The translations under genes were made by a program, and so were the position numbers. DNA of 64,000 nucleotides, from contig JBPCXR010000086.1 of NCBI GenBank assembly GCA_051027215.1, positions 798 through 64,797 of the forward strand, read 5' to 3'. The notes beneath the pieces were generated by a model. That model did not search any database and had not been told where the DNA came from. It worked only from the letters and a program-made list of their open reading frames with translations. Positions 41,082-51,068 of this stretch are shown here, piece by piece. The stretch is from Pseudomonadales bacterium (GTDB taxonomy: Bacteria; Pseudomonadota; Gammaproteobacteria; Pseudomonadales; Azotimanducaceae). Position 1 is the first letter of the stretch; every line of letters begins with the position of its first letter.

Positions 41082-41510
41082 ATGAAAACGGTGAGCGTTC
41101 GAGCTGAAGACGTTGCCAGGCAGTGGGTTGTTATCGATGCCGCTGACCAAGTCCTGGGTCGGCTGGCCACTGAGGTTGCGAGCCGTTTGCGCGGAAAGCA
41201 CAAGCCTACCTACACCCCACACAGCGATACCGGTGACTACGTGATCGTGGTGAACGCTGCCAAAGTGCGCGTTACCGGCAAAAAGACGACCGATAAGCAG
41301 TACTACCGCCATAGTGGGTACCCTGGCGGCATCAAGTCAGTGAACTTCGAAACGCTGCGTGAGCAGCATCCTGAGCGGATTATCGAATCTGCGGTGAAAG
41401 GCATGTTGCCGAAAAACCCCTTGGGCCGGGCCATGTACCGCAAGCTGAAAATCTACGGTGGCAGCGAGCATCCCCATGCTGCTCAGCAACCTCAATCTTT
41501 GGAGCTCTAA
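41082..41510 (+). CDS. rplM: 50S ribosomal protein L13
   Basis: 142 aa ([20 protein letters not shown]). Confidence 0.98.
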   Translation: MKTVSVRAEDVARQWVVIDAADQVLGRLATEVASRLRGKHKPTYTPHSDTGDYVIVVNAAKVRVTGKKTTDKQYYRHSGYPGGIKSVNFETLREQHPERIIESAVKGMLPKNPLGRAMYRKLKIYGGSEHPHAAQQPQSLEL

Positions 41511-41515
41511 TCGCG

Positions 41516-41908
41516 ATGGCAGGCATGCAAAGCTACGGTACGGGTCGACGCAAAACTTCTGCAGCCCGGGTTTATCTTGCCCCCGGTAACGGCCGCATTC
41601 TGGTGAATGGCCAGCCCCTGGACGAGTACTTTGGCCGCGAAACCGCGCGCATGATCGTACGCCAGGCACTGCAGGTGGCCGAGGTGGTGGATCAATTTGA
41701 TATCAAGGTATCTGTCAGCGGCGGCGGTGGCTCCGGCCAAGCAGGAGCAATTCGCCACGGTATTTCCCGAGCGCTGGTGGCCCATGATGAGCGGCACCGA
41801 GCACCGCTACGCAGAGCGGGGTTCTTGACCCGCGATGCTCGCGAAGTCGAACGGAAGAAAGTCGGCCTACGCAAAGCTCGCAAGCGTCCACAGTTCTCCA
41901 AGCGCTAA
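41516..41908 (+). CDS. rpsI: 30S ribosomal protein S9
   Basis: 130 aa, ending in [12 protein letters not shown]. Confidence 0.98.
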   Translation: MAGMQSYGTGRRKTSAARVYLAPGNGRILVNGQPLDEYFGRETARMIVRQALQVAEVVDQFDIKVSVSGGGGSGQAGAIRHGISRALVAHDERHRAPLRRAGFLTRDAREVERKKVGLRKARKRPQFSKR

Positions 41909-41930
41909 TTGTTCTTGGCGGGTGTCCGGA

Positions 41931-41972
41931 GCGCGTAAGCCCGTTTCGTTGCGGCTGCCGACGCGCATTTTG
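41931..41972 (+). terminator. possible rho-independent terminator after rpsI
   Basis: An imperfect stem, GCGCGTAAGCC...GGCTgccgACGCGC, is followed by ATTTT. Confidence 0.35.
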
Positions 41973-42247
41973 GTTGCTACTTTTCCGCTATTTTTCCCTC
42001 GCAAGGTGGGCTGAGATCCTGCCCTGTGTGGTAAACTTGTTGGTTGTACGGAAGCGTCATGAAGCCGCCGTATAACATCGCTCGGAGAGAAGCGCTGGCA
42101 TGTAGAAAACCGTGAATTTTGCCTTGCAGCGATCGTCTGGCAACGATCAGTTGGTGAGCGAGGTTTAACTAGCGGGGCGAAATTGTGCCAGCTGAACAAA
42201 CGAGAGGCTGACAAGCGGAATGAAAGCTTTGCGACGGGGGGCAGTGG

Positions 42248-42913
42248 GTGACTAGCGCAGATACGGCAGCAAATGCAGGTGCTGGCTCAGCAGCAGGTGG
42301 CATCAGTGCAATCGACAGCGCTGCACCGCCGAACACTCAGCGCCGCTACTTTTTGATCGGACTGACATCGGTGGTAGGCGCCGCAGGTGTGGTTGGTGCG
42401 GCGGTTCCCTTCGTACGCTCCTGGGTTCCCAGTGCAAAAGCCAGGGCTGCTGGCGCCCCAATACGAGTCGATATATCCAAGCTGCAGCCCGGTGAACTCA
42501 TGGGGCCAATCCCCGCCTGGCGCGGTCAGCCAGTATTTGTCTTGGCGCGTACCCCGCAGGTTTTGGAGAATCTTGAGGCCATTGGCGATGCGCTCGCTGA
42601 CCCCGACTCAGAAGTGCAGTCACAGACGCCTGAATTTGCCAAAAACACCTACCGCTCTAGGCGCCCAGAGATCGGTGTCTATCTCGGGCTCTGTACCCAC
42701 CTGGGTTGTTCGCCGAAGTACCAAACCGAAGTGAGCGCGTCCTCAGCGGGTGAATGGCAAGGCAGTTTCTTTTGCCCATGTCACGGAAGCCGTTTCGATC
42801 TAGCCGGCAGGGTGGCTAAGGGCGTACCGGCGCCTAGCAATCTGTTGGTGCCCCCCTACCGCTTCGAGAGCGAGAACGTCATCGTGATTGGCGAAGAAGA
42901 AGGTGCTGCCTAA
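42248..42913 (+). CDS. petA: ubiquinol-cytochrome c reductase Rieske Fe-S subunit
   Basis: It has a Tat-like RRYFL motif and the Rieske boxes CTHLGC and CPCHGS. It has a GTG start and the exact start is uncertain. Confidence 0.93.
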   Translation: MTSADTAANAGAGSAAGGISAIDSAAPPNTQRRYFLIGLTSVVGAAGVVGAAVPFVRSWVPSAKARAAGAPIRVDISKLQPGELMGPIPAWRGQPVFVLARTPQVLENLEAIGDALADPDSEVQSQTPEFAKNTYRSRRPEIGVYLGLCTHLGCSPKYQTEVSASSAGEWQGSFFCPCHGSRFDLAGRVAKGVPAPSNLLVPPYRFESENVIVIGEEEGAA

Positions 42914-44178
42914 TGGCTAACACTCCACAGCAAACGCCCAACGCTTTTACCAAGTTCATGGGCTGGTTGGATGCTCGTTTTCCCGCCACAGAAACCTGGG
43001 AGTACCACCTTTCCAAGTATTACGCCCCGAAGAACCATAACTTTTGGTATCTGATGGGCTGGATCGCCACGATTGTGTTGGTCAATCAGCTGCTCACCGG
43101 CATTTGGCTAACCATGAGCTATGTACCCAGCGGTGAAGGCGCCTTTGCCTCGGTTGAGTACATCATGCGAGATGTAGACTACGGCTGGTTGTTGCGCTAT
43201 TTGCATTCCACCGGCGCTTCAGCGTTTTTCGTGGTGGTGTATCTGCACATGTTCCGCGGACTGTTGTACGGCAGCTATCAAGCGCCGCGCGAGTTGCTGT
43301 GGCTTATTGGTATGGCGATTTTCATCGCCCTCATGGCGGAAGGCTTCTTCGGCTATCTGCTACCCTGGGGCAACATGTCTTACTGGGGAGCGCAGGTCAT
43401 CGTTTCTTTGGTCGGGGCGATACCGGTAGTCGGCCCTGATCTGATGGAATGGGTGCGCGGCGACTTCTTGATGTCGGGCATAACCCTCAACCGTTTCTTT
43501 GCCCTGCACGTTGTTGCCTTACCGCTGGTATTGGTCATGCTGGTGTTCGTGCACTTCGTGGCGCTGCATCACGTTGGTTCAAACAACCCCGATGGCATTG
43601 AAATCAAAGCGACTAAAGATGCTAACGGCGTGCCGGTAGATGGCTTGCCCTTCTGGCCCTATACGGTTACCCATGACATTCATGCCACCGTCGTATTCCT
43701 GTTTATTTTCTGCGCCGTCGTGTTCTTCGCGCCAGAGATGGGCGGCTACTTCATTGAGAAGCCAAACTTCGAAGAAGCGAATCCGCTGAAAACGCCGGAT
43801 CACATCGCGCCGGTGTGGTACTACACGCCTTACTACGCCATGTTGCGAGCAGCTACCTATCCACTGTTTGGCTTAGACGCGAAGTTTTGGGGTTTCGTGG
43901 TTATGGCGGCTGCCATTTTGGTGCCAGCGGTATTGCCTTGGCTCGACCGCAGCAAGGTCAAATCTATGCGCTATAAGGGCATGGGTTCCAAAATCATGTT
44001 GGGCCTGTTTGTTATCTCGTTTTTCATCTTGGGGTATCTGGGTACCATTGCGCCATCCACCGAAGCCACGCTGCTGGCCCAGTTCTGTACCATCATTTAC
44101 TTCGCCTATTTCGTGTTGATGCCGTGGTATACGCGAGTCGAAAAGACGAAACCGGTACCAGATCGGGTGACGGGCTGA
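42913..44178 (+). CDS. petB: cytochrome b
   Basis: 421-aa polytopic protein with typical cytochrome bc1 b-subunit sequence (RYLHSTGASAFF). Confidence 0.95.
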   Translation: MANTPQQTPNAFTKFMGWLDARFPATETWEYHLSKYYAPKNHNFWYLMGWIATIVLVNQLLTGIWLTMSYVPSGEGAFASVEYIMRDVDYGWLLRYLHSTGASAFFVVVYLHMFRGLLYGSYQAPRELLWLIGMAIFIALMAEGFFGYLLPWGNMSYWGAQVIVSLVGAIPVVGPDLMEWVRGDFLMSGITLNRFFALHVVALPLVLVMLVFVHFVALHHVGSNNPDGIEIKATKDANGVPVDGLPFWPYTVTHDIHATVVFLFIFCAVVFFAPEMGGYFIEKPNFEEANPLKTPDHIAPVWYYTPYYAMLRAATYPLFGLDAKFWGFVVMAAAILVPAVLPWLDRSKVKSMRYKGMGSKIMLGLFVISFFILGYLGTIAPSTEATLLAQFCTIIYFAYFVLMPWYTRVEKTKPVPDRVTG

Positions 44179-45056
44179 TGGCTGTTGAACAATTGCGCAG
44201 ACAAAAAAGCATGATGCAATCCGAACAGACTGGCGTTCCACACGCGCTACATGGGCTGAAAAAGGCCGCCTTGGCGATCGCAATGGTTCTGCTGTCTTTG
44301 TTCGCTGCGACCACCGCTCAAGCGGCTACAGAAAACCTCTGGCCTATGGAGTCATTTGATCCAGACTTAGAGAATCTCCCTTCTTTGCAGAACGGGTTTC
44401 GGCTGTATGCAAACTACTGCCTGGGGTGTCATTCGTTGAAGTTCCAGCGCTACGAGCGCACCGCTGACGACTTGCAGATTCCACATGAGATCGCGATGGA
44501 AACCCTGGTTTTCACGGATCAAAAAATTGGCCAGCTGATGACCACAGCAATGGATCCTGAAAAGGCCAAAGCCTGGTTTGGAGCGCCACCGCCGGATTTG
44601 ACCATGGTTGCACGGGTGCGAGGCAATGAGTGGATATACAACTACCTGAAGACTTTTTACGTAGACGAGACACGTCCCCTCGGCGTTAACAATAAAGTGT
44701 TCCCTAACGTTGGCATGCCTCATGTAATGGCTGATTTGCAGGGCGTGCAGCGAGAAGGCTGTCTGCAGGTTCCCAAAATCGCCGCCAACGGTGGGGAAAT
44801 GAGGGATCCTCTGGAGCCAGGAAAGTCCATCACAGAAGAGCGCTGTGGGTTGCTAACGGTTGAAGAAGGCACGGGAGCCTACGATGCCGACCAGTTCGAC
44901 GCAGCGGTCTACGATCTAACCAACTTTTTGTACTACGTTGGTGAACCCAGCCGGCTCGAGCGGCAACGATTGGGCGTATTTGTCCTGTTGTTCTTAGTGC
45001 TCCTTGGATGTTGCACGTACTTGCTGAACCGTGAGTTCTGGAAGGGAATCCATTAA
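44178..45056 (+). CDS. petC: cytochrome c1
   Basis: It has the heme motif CLGCHS and a C-terminal TM. The start is placed at the ATG overlapping the petB stop (TGATG), and a later Met is possible. Confidence 0.9.
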   Translation: MAVEQLRRQKSMMQSEQTGVPHALHGLKKAALAIAMVLLSLFAATTAQAATENLWPMESFDPDLENLPSLQNGFRLYANYCLGCHSLKFQRYERTADDLQIPHEIAMETLVFTDQKIGQLMTTAMDPEKAKAWFGAPPPDLTMVARVRGNEWIYNYLKTFYVDETRPLGVNNKVFPNVGMPHVMADLQGVQREGCLQVPKIAANGGEMRDPLEPGKSITEERCGLLTVEEGTGAYDADQFDAAVYDLTNFLYYVGEPSRLERQRLGVFVLLFLVLLGCCTYLLNREFWKGIH

Positions 45057-45127
45057 CTGGCGCAGTCACCCAACGGGTGGCGTTCTGTGATCTGCACTGA
45101 CCTCTCCATAGAAGAAAGTGAGACCCT

Positions 45128-45733
45128 ATGACTCTATATTCGGACGCCCGCGATCATTACTCACACCGGGTCCGCATGGTTCTGGCCGAGAAGGGCGTGA
45201 CGATCGACATCGTGGATGTCGATCCTTCCAGCAAGCCAGAGGACCTGGCTGAAGTTAATCCCTATAACAGCTTGCCAACCTTGCTGGATCGGGATCTTGT
45301 GCTCTATGAGGCCAACGTCATCATGGAGTATCTGGACGAACGCTTTCCCCATCCACCATTGCTGCCGGTGTACCCAGTACAGCGCGCGCTCTCACGCCTA
45401 TGGATCACCCGGGTTGAGAAGGAGTGGAGTCATCGACTGGACGTGCTGATGGCAGGCAAGGGCAGAGAGACCATTATCAGCAAAGCGCGCAAAGAGTTGC
45501 GCGAGAGCATTATTAGCATTGCGCCAATATTTGCCGAGAAACCGTTCTTTATGAACGAAGAATTCACCTTGGTGGACTGCTGCGTCGCCCCAATATTGTG
45601 GCGTTTAGATGAAGTGGGAATCAGTTTGCCCGAGCGCTCTACGCGGCCGTTGCAGAAATACATGCAGATGATGTTCGAGCGGGATTCGTTCCGCGCGAGC
45701 CTGACTGAAGCAGAATTGGAAATGCGCGAATGA
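45128..45733 (+). CDS. sspA: stringent starvation protein A
   Basis: 201 aa with a GST-like fold (MTLYSDARDHYSHRVRMVLAEKGV). Confidence 0.95.
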   Translation: MTLYSDARDHYSHRVRMVLAEKGVTIDIVDVDPSSKPEDLAEVNPYNSLPTLLDRDLVLYEANVIMEYLDERFPHPPLLPVYPVQRALSRLWITRVEKEWSHRLDVLMAGKGRETIISKARKELRESIISIAPIFAEKPFFMNEEFTLVDCCVAPILWRLDEVGISLPERSTRPLQKYMQMMFERDSFRASLTEAELEMRE

Positions 45734-46206
45734 AGTCCCGTCGCCCTTATCTTATCCGAGCGCTATACGAGTGGATTGTCGATAGCGACGCAACACCGTT
45801 CATTCTGGTTAAGGTCAACGGTCCTGGCGTTGTTGTGCCACCGGATTATGTGACGGATGGTCAGATTACCCTGAACATCGCACCCACTGCGGTTCGAGAT
45901 CTAGTAATCGGTGACGACATGATGACCTTTGATGGTCGTTTTTCTGGTCAGTCCGTTGCGGTGACTGTGCCGCTAGGCAGCATTGGCGCTGTCTATGCTC
46001 GAGAAACCGGTGATGGCATGTTGTTCGACACCGAGCGCGCACGGAACAGCGAAGTCGAGGATCAGCCTGGTGGTCTGGAAGCGGTGGAAGATGCTGGGGA
46101 AACCGACGGCATGATTTTGGGATCCATTGCGAACGCTGCGGAACCCGGTTCTGCCAGCGAATCGAAGGCCGCTCGTCGAGCGCCACACCTTAAAGTGGTT
46201 AAGTAG
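45730..46206 (+). CDS. sspB: ClpXP adaptor SspB
   Basis: 158 aa. It has RPYLIRALYEWIVDSDATPFI and a C-terminal LKVVK tail. Confidence 0.93.
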   Translation: MKSRRPYLIRALYEWIVDSDATPFILVKVNGPGVVVPPDYVTDGQITLNIAPTAVRDLVIGDDMMTFDGRFSGQSVAVTVPLGSIGAVYARETGDGMLFDTERARNSEVEDQPGGLEAVEDAGETDGMILGSIANAAEPGSASESKAARRAPHLKVVK

Positions 46207-46213
46207 CAGCGCC

Positions 46214-46801
46214 CTAGGCGTCGTCCAAATACTCGAACACTTTAACGATTTTCTGCACGCCGTATACGGACCGGGCAACATCTACAACTGGTTCGGCTTG
46301 CTCGCGCGGTAAGAGACCAAGCAGGTATACCACGCCGTTTTCGGTTACTACCTTAACTCGAGTTGCCGGCGTCTTTTTCGCTGCAAGAAGTTTCGACTTG
46401 ACCTTGGCCGTCAGCCAGCTGTCATTTGAACGAGCGAGATAAGAGATCGGTCCGCCAATTTCCAGCTCATTGTGCACCCGGCGTACCTTGGGGATGGCGC
46501 GTGCTAGGTTTTCTGCCTTAGCTCTGAGCGGTTCGCTACTTACCTGACCGGCAAGCAGGACGACGCCGTTGTAACTCACCACGACGAGGTGTGCGGACTT
46601 GAAACCTGGATCCCCGCGGCGAATGTCGGCACGCACTATGCGTTCTAGCATTTGGTCATCAATGATCGTGCCAGGGGTGCGGATGCGCGGGTCGTTGCTA
46701 ATGGTGCTGCAGCCGGCCAGGCACAACAGCAGCGCTAGCGGGAGCATGCACGCTATGCGACAGAGGTTAGATTGCCTCGAATGCATCTTGTATCCATTCA
46801 A
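46214..46801 (-). CDS. dolP: dual-BON-domain outer-membrane lipoprotein DolP (YraP)
   Basis: It has a lipobox LCLAGC and two BON-like segments. The true start is probably an internal Met (46786 or 46747). Confidence 0.85.
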   Translation of the reverse strand: MNGYKMHSRQSNLCRIACMLPLALLLCLAGCSTISNDPRIRTPGTIIDDQMLERIVRADIRRGDPGFKSAHLVVVSYNGVVLLAGQVSSEPLRAKAENLARAIPKVRRVHNELEIGGPISYLARSNDSWLTAKVKSKLLAAKKTPATRVKVVTENGVVYLLGLLPREQAEPVVDVARSVYGVQKIVKVFEYLDDA

Positions 46802-47225
46802 TGTGCCACTTGGCGTTTGCAGTGTAGTTTGGATGCCGCATTGAGATCACGTCAAATCGACACATAGGCAGACCGCCGTCAGCAGCAGCGGTTCCCTGCT
46901 TGAGCAGATAATACTTGGCGGCGCGCACGAGCTTTTGTTGCTTCCTGTGCGTCACGCTTTCAGCGCCACTGCCGAAATCAAGTTGGTTGCGCAGTCGAAC
47001 CTCAGCAAAGACCAACAGCTGCTGCGAGTGGGACTGTGCCGCCGCAACGATATCGATCTCACCGAGCCGGCAACTAAAGTTGCGCTCGACAATGCACAAG
47101 CCTTTGCGTCGCAAATAGCGTGCGGCAACCTCTTCAGCTTCTGCGCCTTGTTGCGTGCGTGTGCTGGTTATCGGGCGCTGACTCGGGGAACGGGAATGAG
47201 GCGCTGCTGCGCGATCATTCCCCAA
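46767..47225 (-). CDS. yraN: YraN family (UPF0102) endonuclease-like protein
   Basis: 152 aa (GAEAEEVAARYLRRKGL...GEIDIVA...VFAEVR). It overlaps the lpoA 3' end by 58 nt and the dolP ORF. Confidence 0.85.
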   Translation of the reverse strand: MGNDRAAAPHSRSPSQRPITSTRTQQGAEAEEVAARYLRRKGLCIVERNFSCRLGEIDIVAAAQSHSQQLLVFAEVRLRNQLDFGSGAESVTHRKQQKLVRAAKYYLLKQGTAAADGGLPMCRFDVISMRHPNYTANAKWHIEWIQDAFEAI

Positions 47226-49204
47226 GACAGCTCGCGGGTGAACCTGCCATCAGGCTGCACGTTCAGTGCGCCGCTGGCACCACTAAAGCTGAGATCCCGA
47301 TGATTGACCAATATGGGCAATCGATCGGCGATCTGATAAGCATCGTTACCCAGTGCATAGAGGGCGGCTAAATTGTTGCCGGATAGTCGAAACGCCTGGG
47401 TGACTTCGTTCGCCACCGGATTGCCGTTTACAAACCAGGGCAGCTCCGTAATCTGGAACCCAGAGAGTCCGGCGAGATCTTTAGGTTTTGCACCCCGAGT
47501 CGCCTGACCTGTGGCATATATTGGCAAATGATCGCCAAAGTGGAACTTGAGCGCGGGCATGAGCACTTTGGCTTCGGTGTTGTTGACCAGCGCGATGACA
47601 GCATCGAGGTCTTGACGTGCCCGCGGGACAAACTCGATGTGAGTGCCGATCTGCCGAAACACCTGCTGCGAGCGAAGGTGACTTTCTTCTACGAACATGC
47701 CGCGACCCACGGCTTCGGTAACGGTTTTAGCATTGGCGAAGGGCTCAACGGTAGCGCCCTCACCGAGTAGCGATTGCAATCTGGCCGCGGCCCGCATAGA
47801 CCATTCCTGTTCGCTGTGTACGATCAACACGCGCGTGCGCCCCTGTAGCATCAGCTGCCTGGCAAGGGTATCGGCCTCGTCCTCGATCGCTAGACCCAGC
47901 TGCAGAACGTTCGCCTGTGCACGCTGGCCGCTGGCCAAATAGTTCAACGCCAGCACCGGAAGCTCGGGATTAAGGGCTTGTAGGCTGTCGACATTGGGTT
48001 TGGACAGTGGGCCGATGAGTACCTGCGCGCCTTGGGTTAGTGCCAGTTCGAACAGTTCGGGCAAAGGCTGCGCAGCGCTGTCGTAGAAGCGTGCGCTGAG
48101 CCTGGCATTGTCGGCGAGCTGGGCGGCGATAAAGCCGTTACGAACTGCATTTCCTGCGGCGGACAGTGGCCCAGACAGCGGCAACAATAGTGCAACGCTA
48201 TTAGTTTCGCTGCGTGACTCGAGAATTGCGGCTAGGGATCCAGGCCAGGGATACTGCGCAGCGTGGGCGCTGTAGCGGCGCTGCCACTGGGTAATCGACT
48301 GCTGTTGTTCGGTAAGTGAATTTCCCTGGGCGCTGGCTTGGCGTAGCGCCCACCAGCCCTGGTGCTTGCGGCTCGGTAACCTGTTGTTGGCGCTTGCAAC
48401 GCTGGCGGGTGTCAGATTGAGGTAATGCCAGATCTGTTCATTCAAACGCAGCGCGTCCTGCTTCTCCTGAGGTAGCACGCGCGTTTGTGTTGTGGGCAGA
48501 TCGAGGTTCGGGGCCGCTGCAACAGTTGCCTCAGCGCTTGTGCCCGGTGCTGGGATGTGAGTGCTGTCATCTAGATCTGCAGGAGTTAAGCCGGTGTTAG
48601 GGGCGAGGGGCGCCGGCGACGCAACGAAGGATGGGCCAAACCAAGGTGCTGCGATAAATGCGGAAGTTTCTTCGAGCTGAATTAGTTGATTTGCGGCGCA
48701 ATCCCAAACTTCGCGAGCTGCGCAAACGGCCGCTTGCAGTACTGTCGTTTCAATCGCAGAAGGATCGCGTCCGCCCAGCTCGGCTAAGGCCGGGTCGCGG
48801 TTTTGCAGCCACTGTTGCGCCCCTTCTGGATCACCTTTGTGCAGCGCCAGGGCTGCCTGCAAGTAGGCAAAGCGCAGGAACAGATCGGCACGTTGATTGG
48901 CATCAGCAGCGCTGGCTAAGGCGGCCTCCGTGCCGCTCCAGTCACGTTGCGCCATGTATGCATCTGCTGCGCTCAGGTACAGTGCAGTGGCTGACAGGCC
49001 TGATGCTGTGGCCGCCTGTTGCATGAGTTGATCGCCGCTGACGTTGTCGGTTGCTCGCGCTAGCTCAGGTAGCCTGCTCGGCGCGCTTGCGGTTGGGCCT
49101 GAGGGCGTGCTCTGACAAGCTGAGCCGAAGAGCAGCAAAGCGCAGATGCTGGCTCGCAAGAGCTTGGCCGCTGGCCCATGTTTAACCGGATGAAATGGAA
49201 GCAT
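47168..49204 (-). CDS. lpoA: penicillin-binding protein activator LpoA
   Basis: 678 aa. It has a lipoprotein-like N-terminus (LLFGSAC) and a C-terminal binding-protein-like domain (VALLLPLSGPLSAAGNAVRNGF). Confidence 0.9.
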   Translation of the reverse strand: MLPFHPVKHGPAAKLLRASICALLLFGSACQSTPSGPTASAPSRLPELARATDNVSGDQLMQQAATASGLSATALYLSAADAYMAQRDWSGTEAALASAADANQRADLFLRFAYLQAALALHKGDPEGAQQWLQNRDPALAELGGRDPSAIETTVLQAAVCAAREVWDCAANQLIQLEETSAFIAAPWFGPSFVASPAPLAPNTGLTPADLDDSTHIPAPGTSAEATVAAAPNLDLPTTQTRVLPQEKQDALRLNEQIWHYLNLTPASVASANNRLPSRKHQGWWALRQASAQGNSLTEQQQSITQWQRRYSAHAAQYPWPGSLAAILESRSETNSVALLLPLSGPLSAAGNAVRNGFIAAQLADNARLSARFYDSAAQPLPELFELALTQGAQVLIGPLSKPNVDSLQALNPELPVLALNYLASGQRAQANVLQLGLAIEDEADTLARQLMLQGRTRVLIVHSEQEWSMRAAARLQSLLGEGATVEPFANAKTVTEAVGRGMFVEESHLRSQQVFRQIGTHIEFVPRARQDLDAVIALVNNTEAKVLMPALKFHFGDHLPIYATGQATRGAKPKDLAGLSGFQITELPWFVNGNPVANEVTQAFRLSGNNLAALYALGNDAYQIADRLPILVNHRDLSFSGASGALNVQPDGRFTRELSWGMIAQQRLIPVPRVSAR

Positions 49205-49241
49205 GGTGAGTACCCAACCCTTAACAAGTGGCGAGATTTAA

Positions 49242-50081
49242 ATGAGTGGCACGTTGTTTGTTGTCGCAACACCCATTGGAAACCTCGAAGACCTGTCGCG
49301 TCGAGGGCTTACTACCCTGGAGCGGGTGCAGACGATCGCCTGTGAGGATACCAGACGCACCGGAACGCTGCTGTCTCTGTTAGACGTTACCCGCCCCGCG
49401 GAACAGCGCCTGCTAGCCTGCCATGAGCACAACGAAGCCGAAGTGGTGCCGCAAATATTGCGCGAGCTGCGTGCAGGCAAAGATGTCGCATTGGTTTCTG
49501 ATGCCGGAACGCCGTTGCTCAGTGATCCGGGCTATACGTTGTTGCAAGCGGCTTGGCAAGAAGGCGTTAACGTAGTTCCGGTACCTGGGCCTTCTGCACC
49601 TTTGGCGTTGTTGTCGGTTTGTCCACTAGCGGCGATGCCGTTTCTATTTGCAGGGTTTTTGCCAAGCAAGGGCTCGAAGCGTCGCTCGATGCTCGTAGAG
49701 CTTGGGCAATCCGGCGTAGCGCTAGTGCTGTTTGAATCACCTCACCGCATCCTCGACTGTCTGGCAGATGTTGCGCTCGCGTTGCCGCCGCGCAGAGTAT
49801 TCGTCGGACGTGAAGTGACGAAGAAGTTCGAACGCTTTTATACGGGAGATCCCCAACTCGTGGCTGAGCAGTTGCTTGCGGAAGACGCGGTACGCGGCGA
49901 GTTTGCTTTAGTGATTGAAAAATCCAGTCAGGCAGATGCACCACAAAGCTTGGACGGGCGCGATGAGAAGACGTTCAGACTGCTGGTGAAAGAGCTTGGA
50001 CCGAGCAAGGCCGCAAAACTAATGGCCCAGTTGTGCGACATGAACCGCTCTGCGCTTTACGATCTAGCCCAACGTTGGTGA
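49242..50081 (+). CDS. rsmI: 16S rRNA C1402 2'-O-methyltransferase RsmI
   Basis: 279 aa (LFVVATPIGNLEDLS...ACEDTRRTG). Confidence 0.95.
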   Translation: MSGTLFVVATPIGNLEDLSRRGLTTLERVQTIACEDTRRTGTLLSLLDVTRPAEQRLLACHEHNEAEVVPQILRELRAGKDVALVSDAGTPLLSDPGYTLLQAAWQEGVNVVPVPGPSAPLALLSVCPLAAMPFLFAGFLPSKGSKRRSMLVELGQSGVALVLFESPHRILDCLADVALALPPRRVFVGREVTKKFERFYTGDPQLVAEQLLAEDAVRGEFALVIEKSSQADAPQSLDGRDEKTFRLLVKELGPSKAAKLMAQLCDMNRSALYDLAQRW

Positions 50082-50207
50082 TGATTGGGTGATTCTCTGA
50101 AGGTGCGCGTCGGCCCTTAGTCGCCCGCTGTGTCTAACAAAACGGTCAACGGTCTTTCGAAGATGGCAACTCTAGGCAAATGCCTAACACGCAGGTACAG
50201 TAACCCT

Positions 50208-50636
<429 letters not shown>

Positions 50637-50730
50637 ATTACTTTTTAAGCTAACGTGCAGTAAAACCGGTCTAAAACAGTCTCAAACCTAAGACCATTTC
50701 GAGAAGCGACTGTCTAGCCGATGTTTTAAC

Positions 50731-50787
50731 TCGGAATTGAAACCCGAATTAAGCGGAATATTCCGAAAAATCTCTTTAAATTCCGAC
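50731..50787. promoter_or_regulatory. array of GGAAT/ATTCC half-sites including the perfect palindrome CGGAATATTCCG (50754-50765)
   Basis: Read directly in an AT-rich stretch 30-90 nt upstream of the predicted Pmra -35. Confidence 0.35.
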
Positions 50788-50817
50788 AGTTAAGGTGCCC
50801 GCGCAGGCCGAACGGTC

Positions 50818-50845
50818 TTGACTGTGAACCTCTCCCTTTTAATAT
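50818..50845 (+). promoter_or_regulatory. sigma-70-type promoter (Pmra candidate): TTGACT-16 nt-TAATAT
   Basis: Near-consensus hexamers read directly. The MraZ-type boxes follow immediately. Confidence 0.55.
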
Positions 50846-50852
50846 CCCTGTC

Positions 50853-50877
50853 GTGGGAAATGGTGGAGGAAGGTGGT
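50853..50877 (+). promoter_or_regulatory. three direct GTGGN repeats at 10-bp spacing (GTGGG-aaatg-GTGGA-ggaag-GTGGT); candidate MraZ operator
   Basis: The pattern matches the published E. coli MraZ site architecture, which has TGGGN repeats with 5-nt spacers next to Pmra. Confidence 0.5.
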
Positions 50878-51068
50878 TGCGAAGCCCCAACTGCCTCTTT
50901 TTCTGAATTGCATAAATCCGAGTTCTGGCAGAAAGACGCTAATAGGCGCCTTTTGACGGCAAAACTTGGCTAATTGGACCCTTTTTACACGTTTTCGACA
51001 CGAATGGCTCTAGTGGACTGCCCCATGGCGCGCTCGCTGGCCATAAATGATGCACCTGCCGAGGTACG

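Noticed and set aside
41867-42214. 115-aa minus-strand ORF in the rpsI-petA gap
   Set aside because: It is Arg/Ser/Pro-rich, overlaps the rpsI 3' end and has no recognisable domain or RBS. It is kept only as a note under the intergenic finding.
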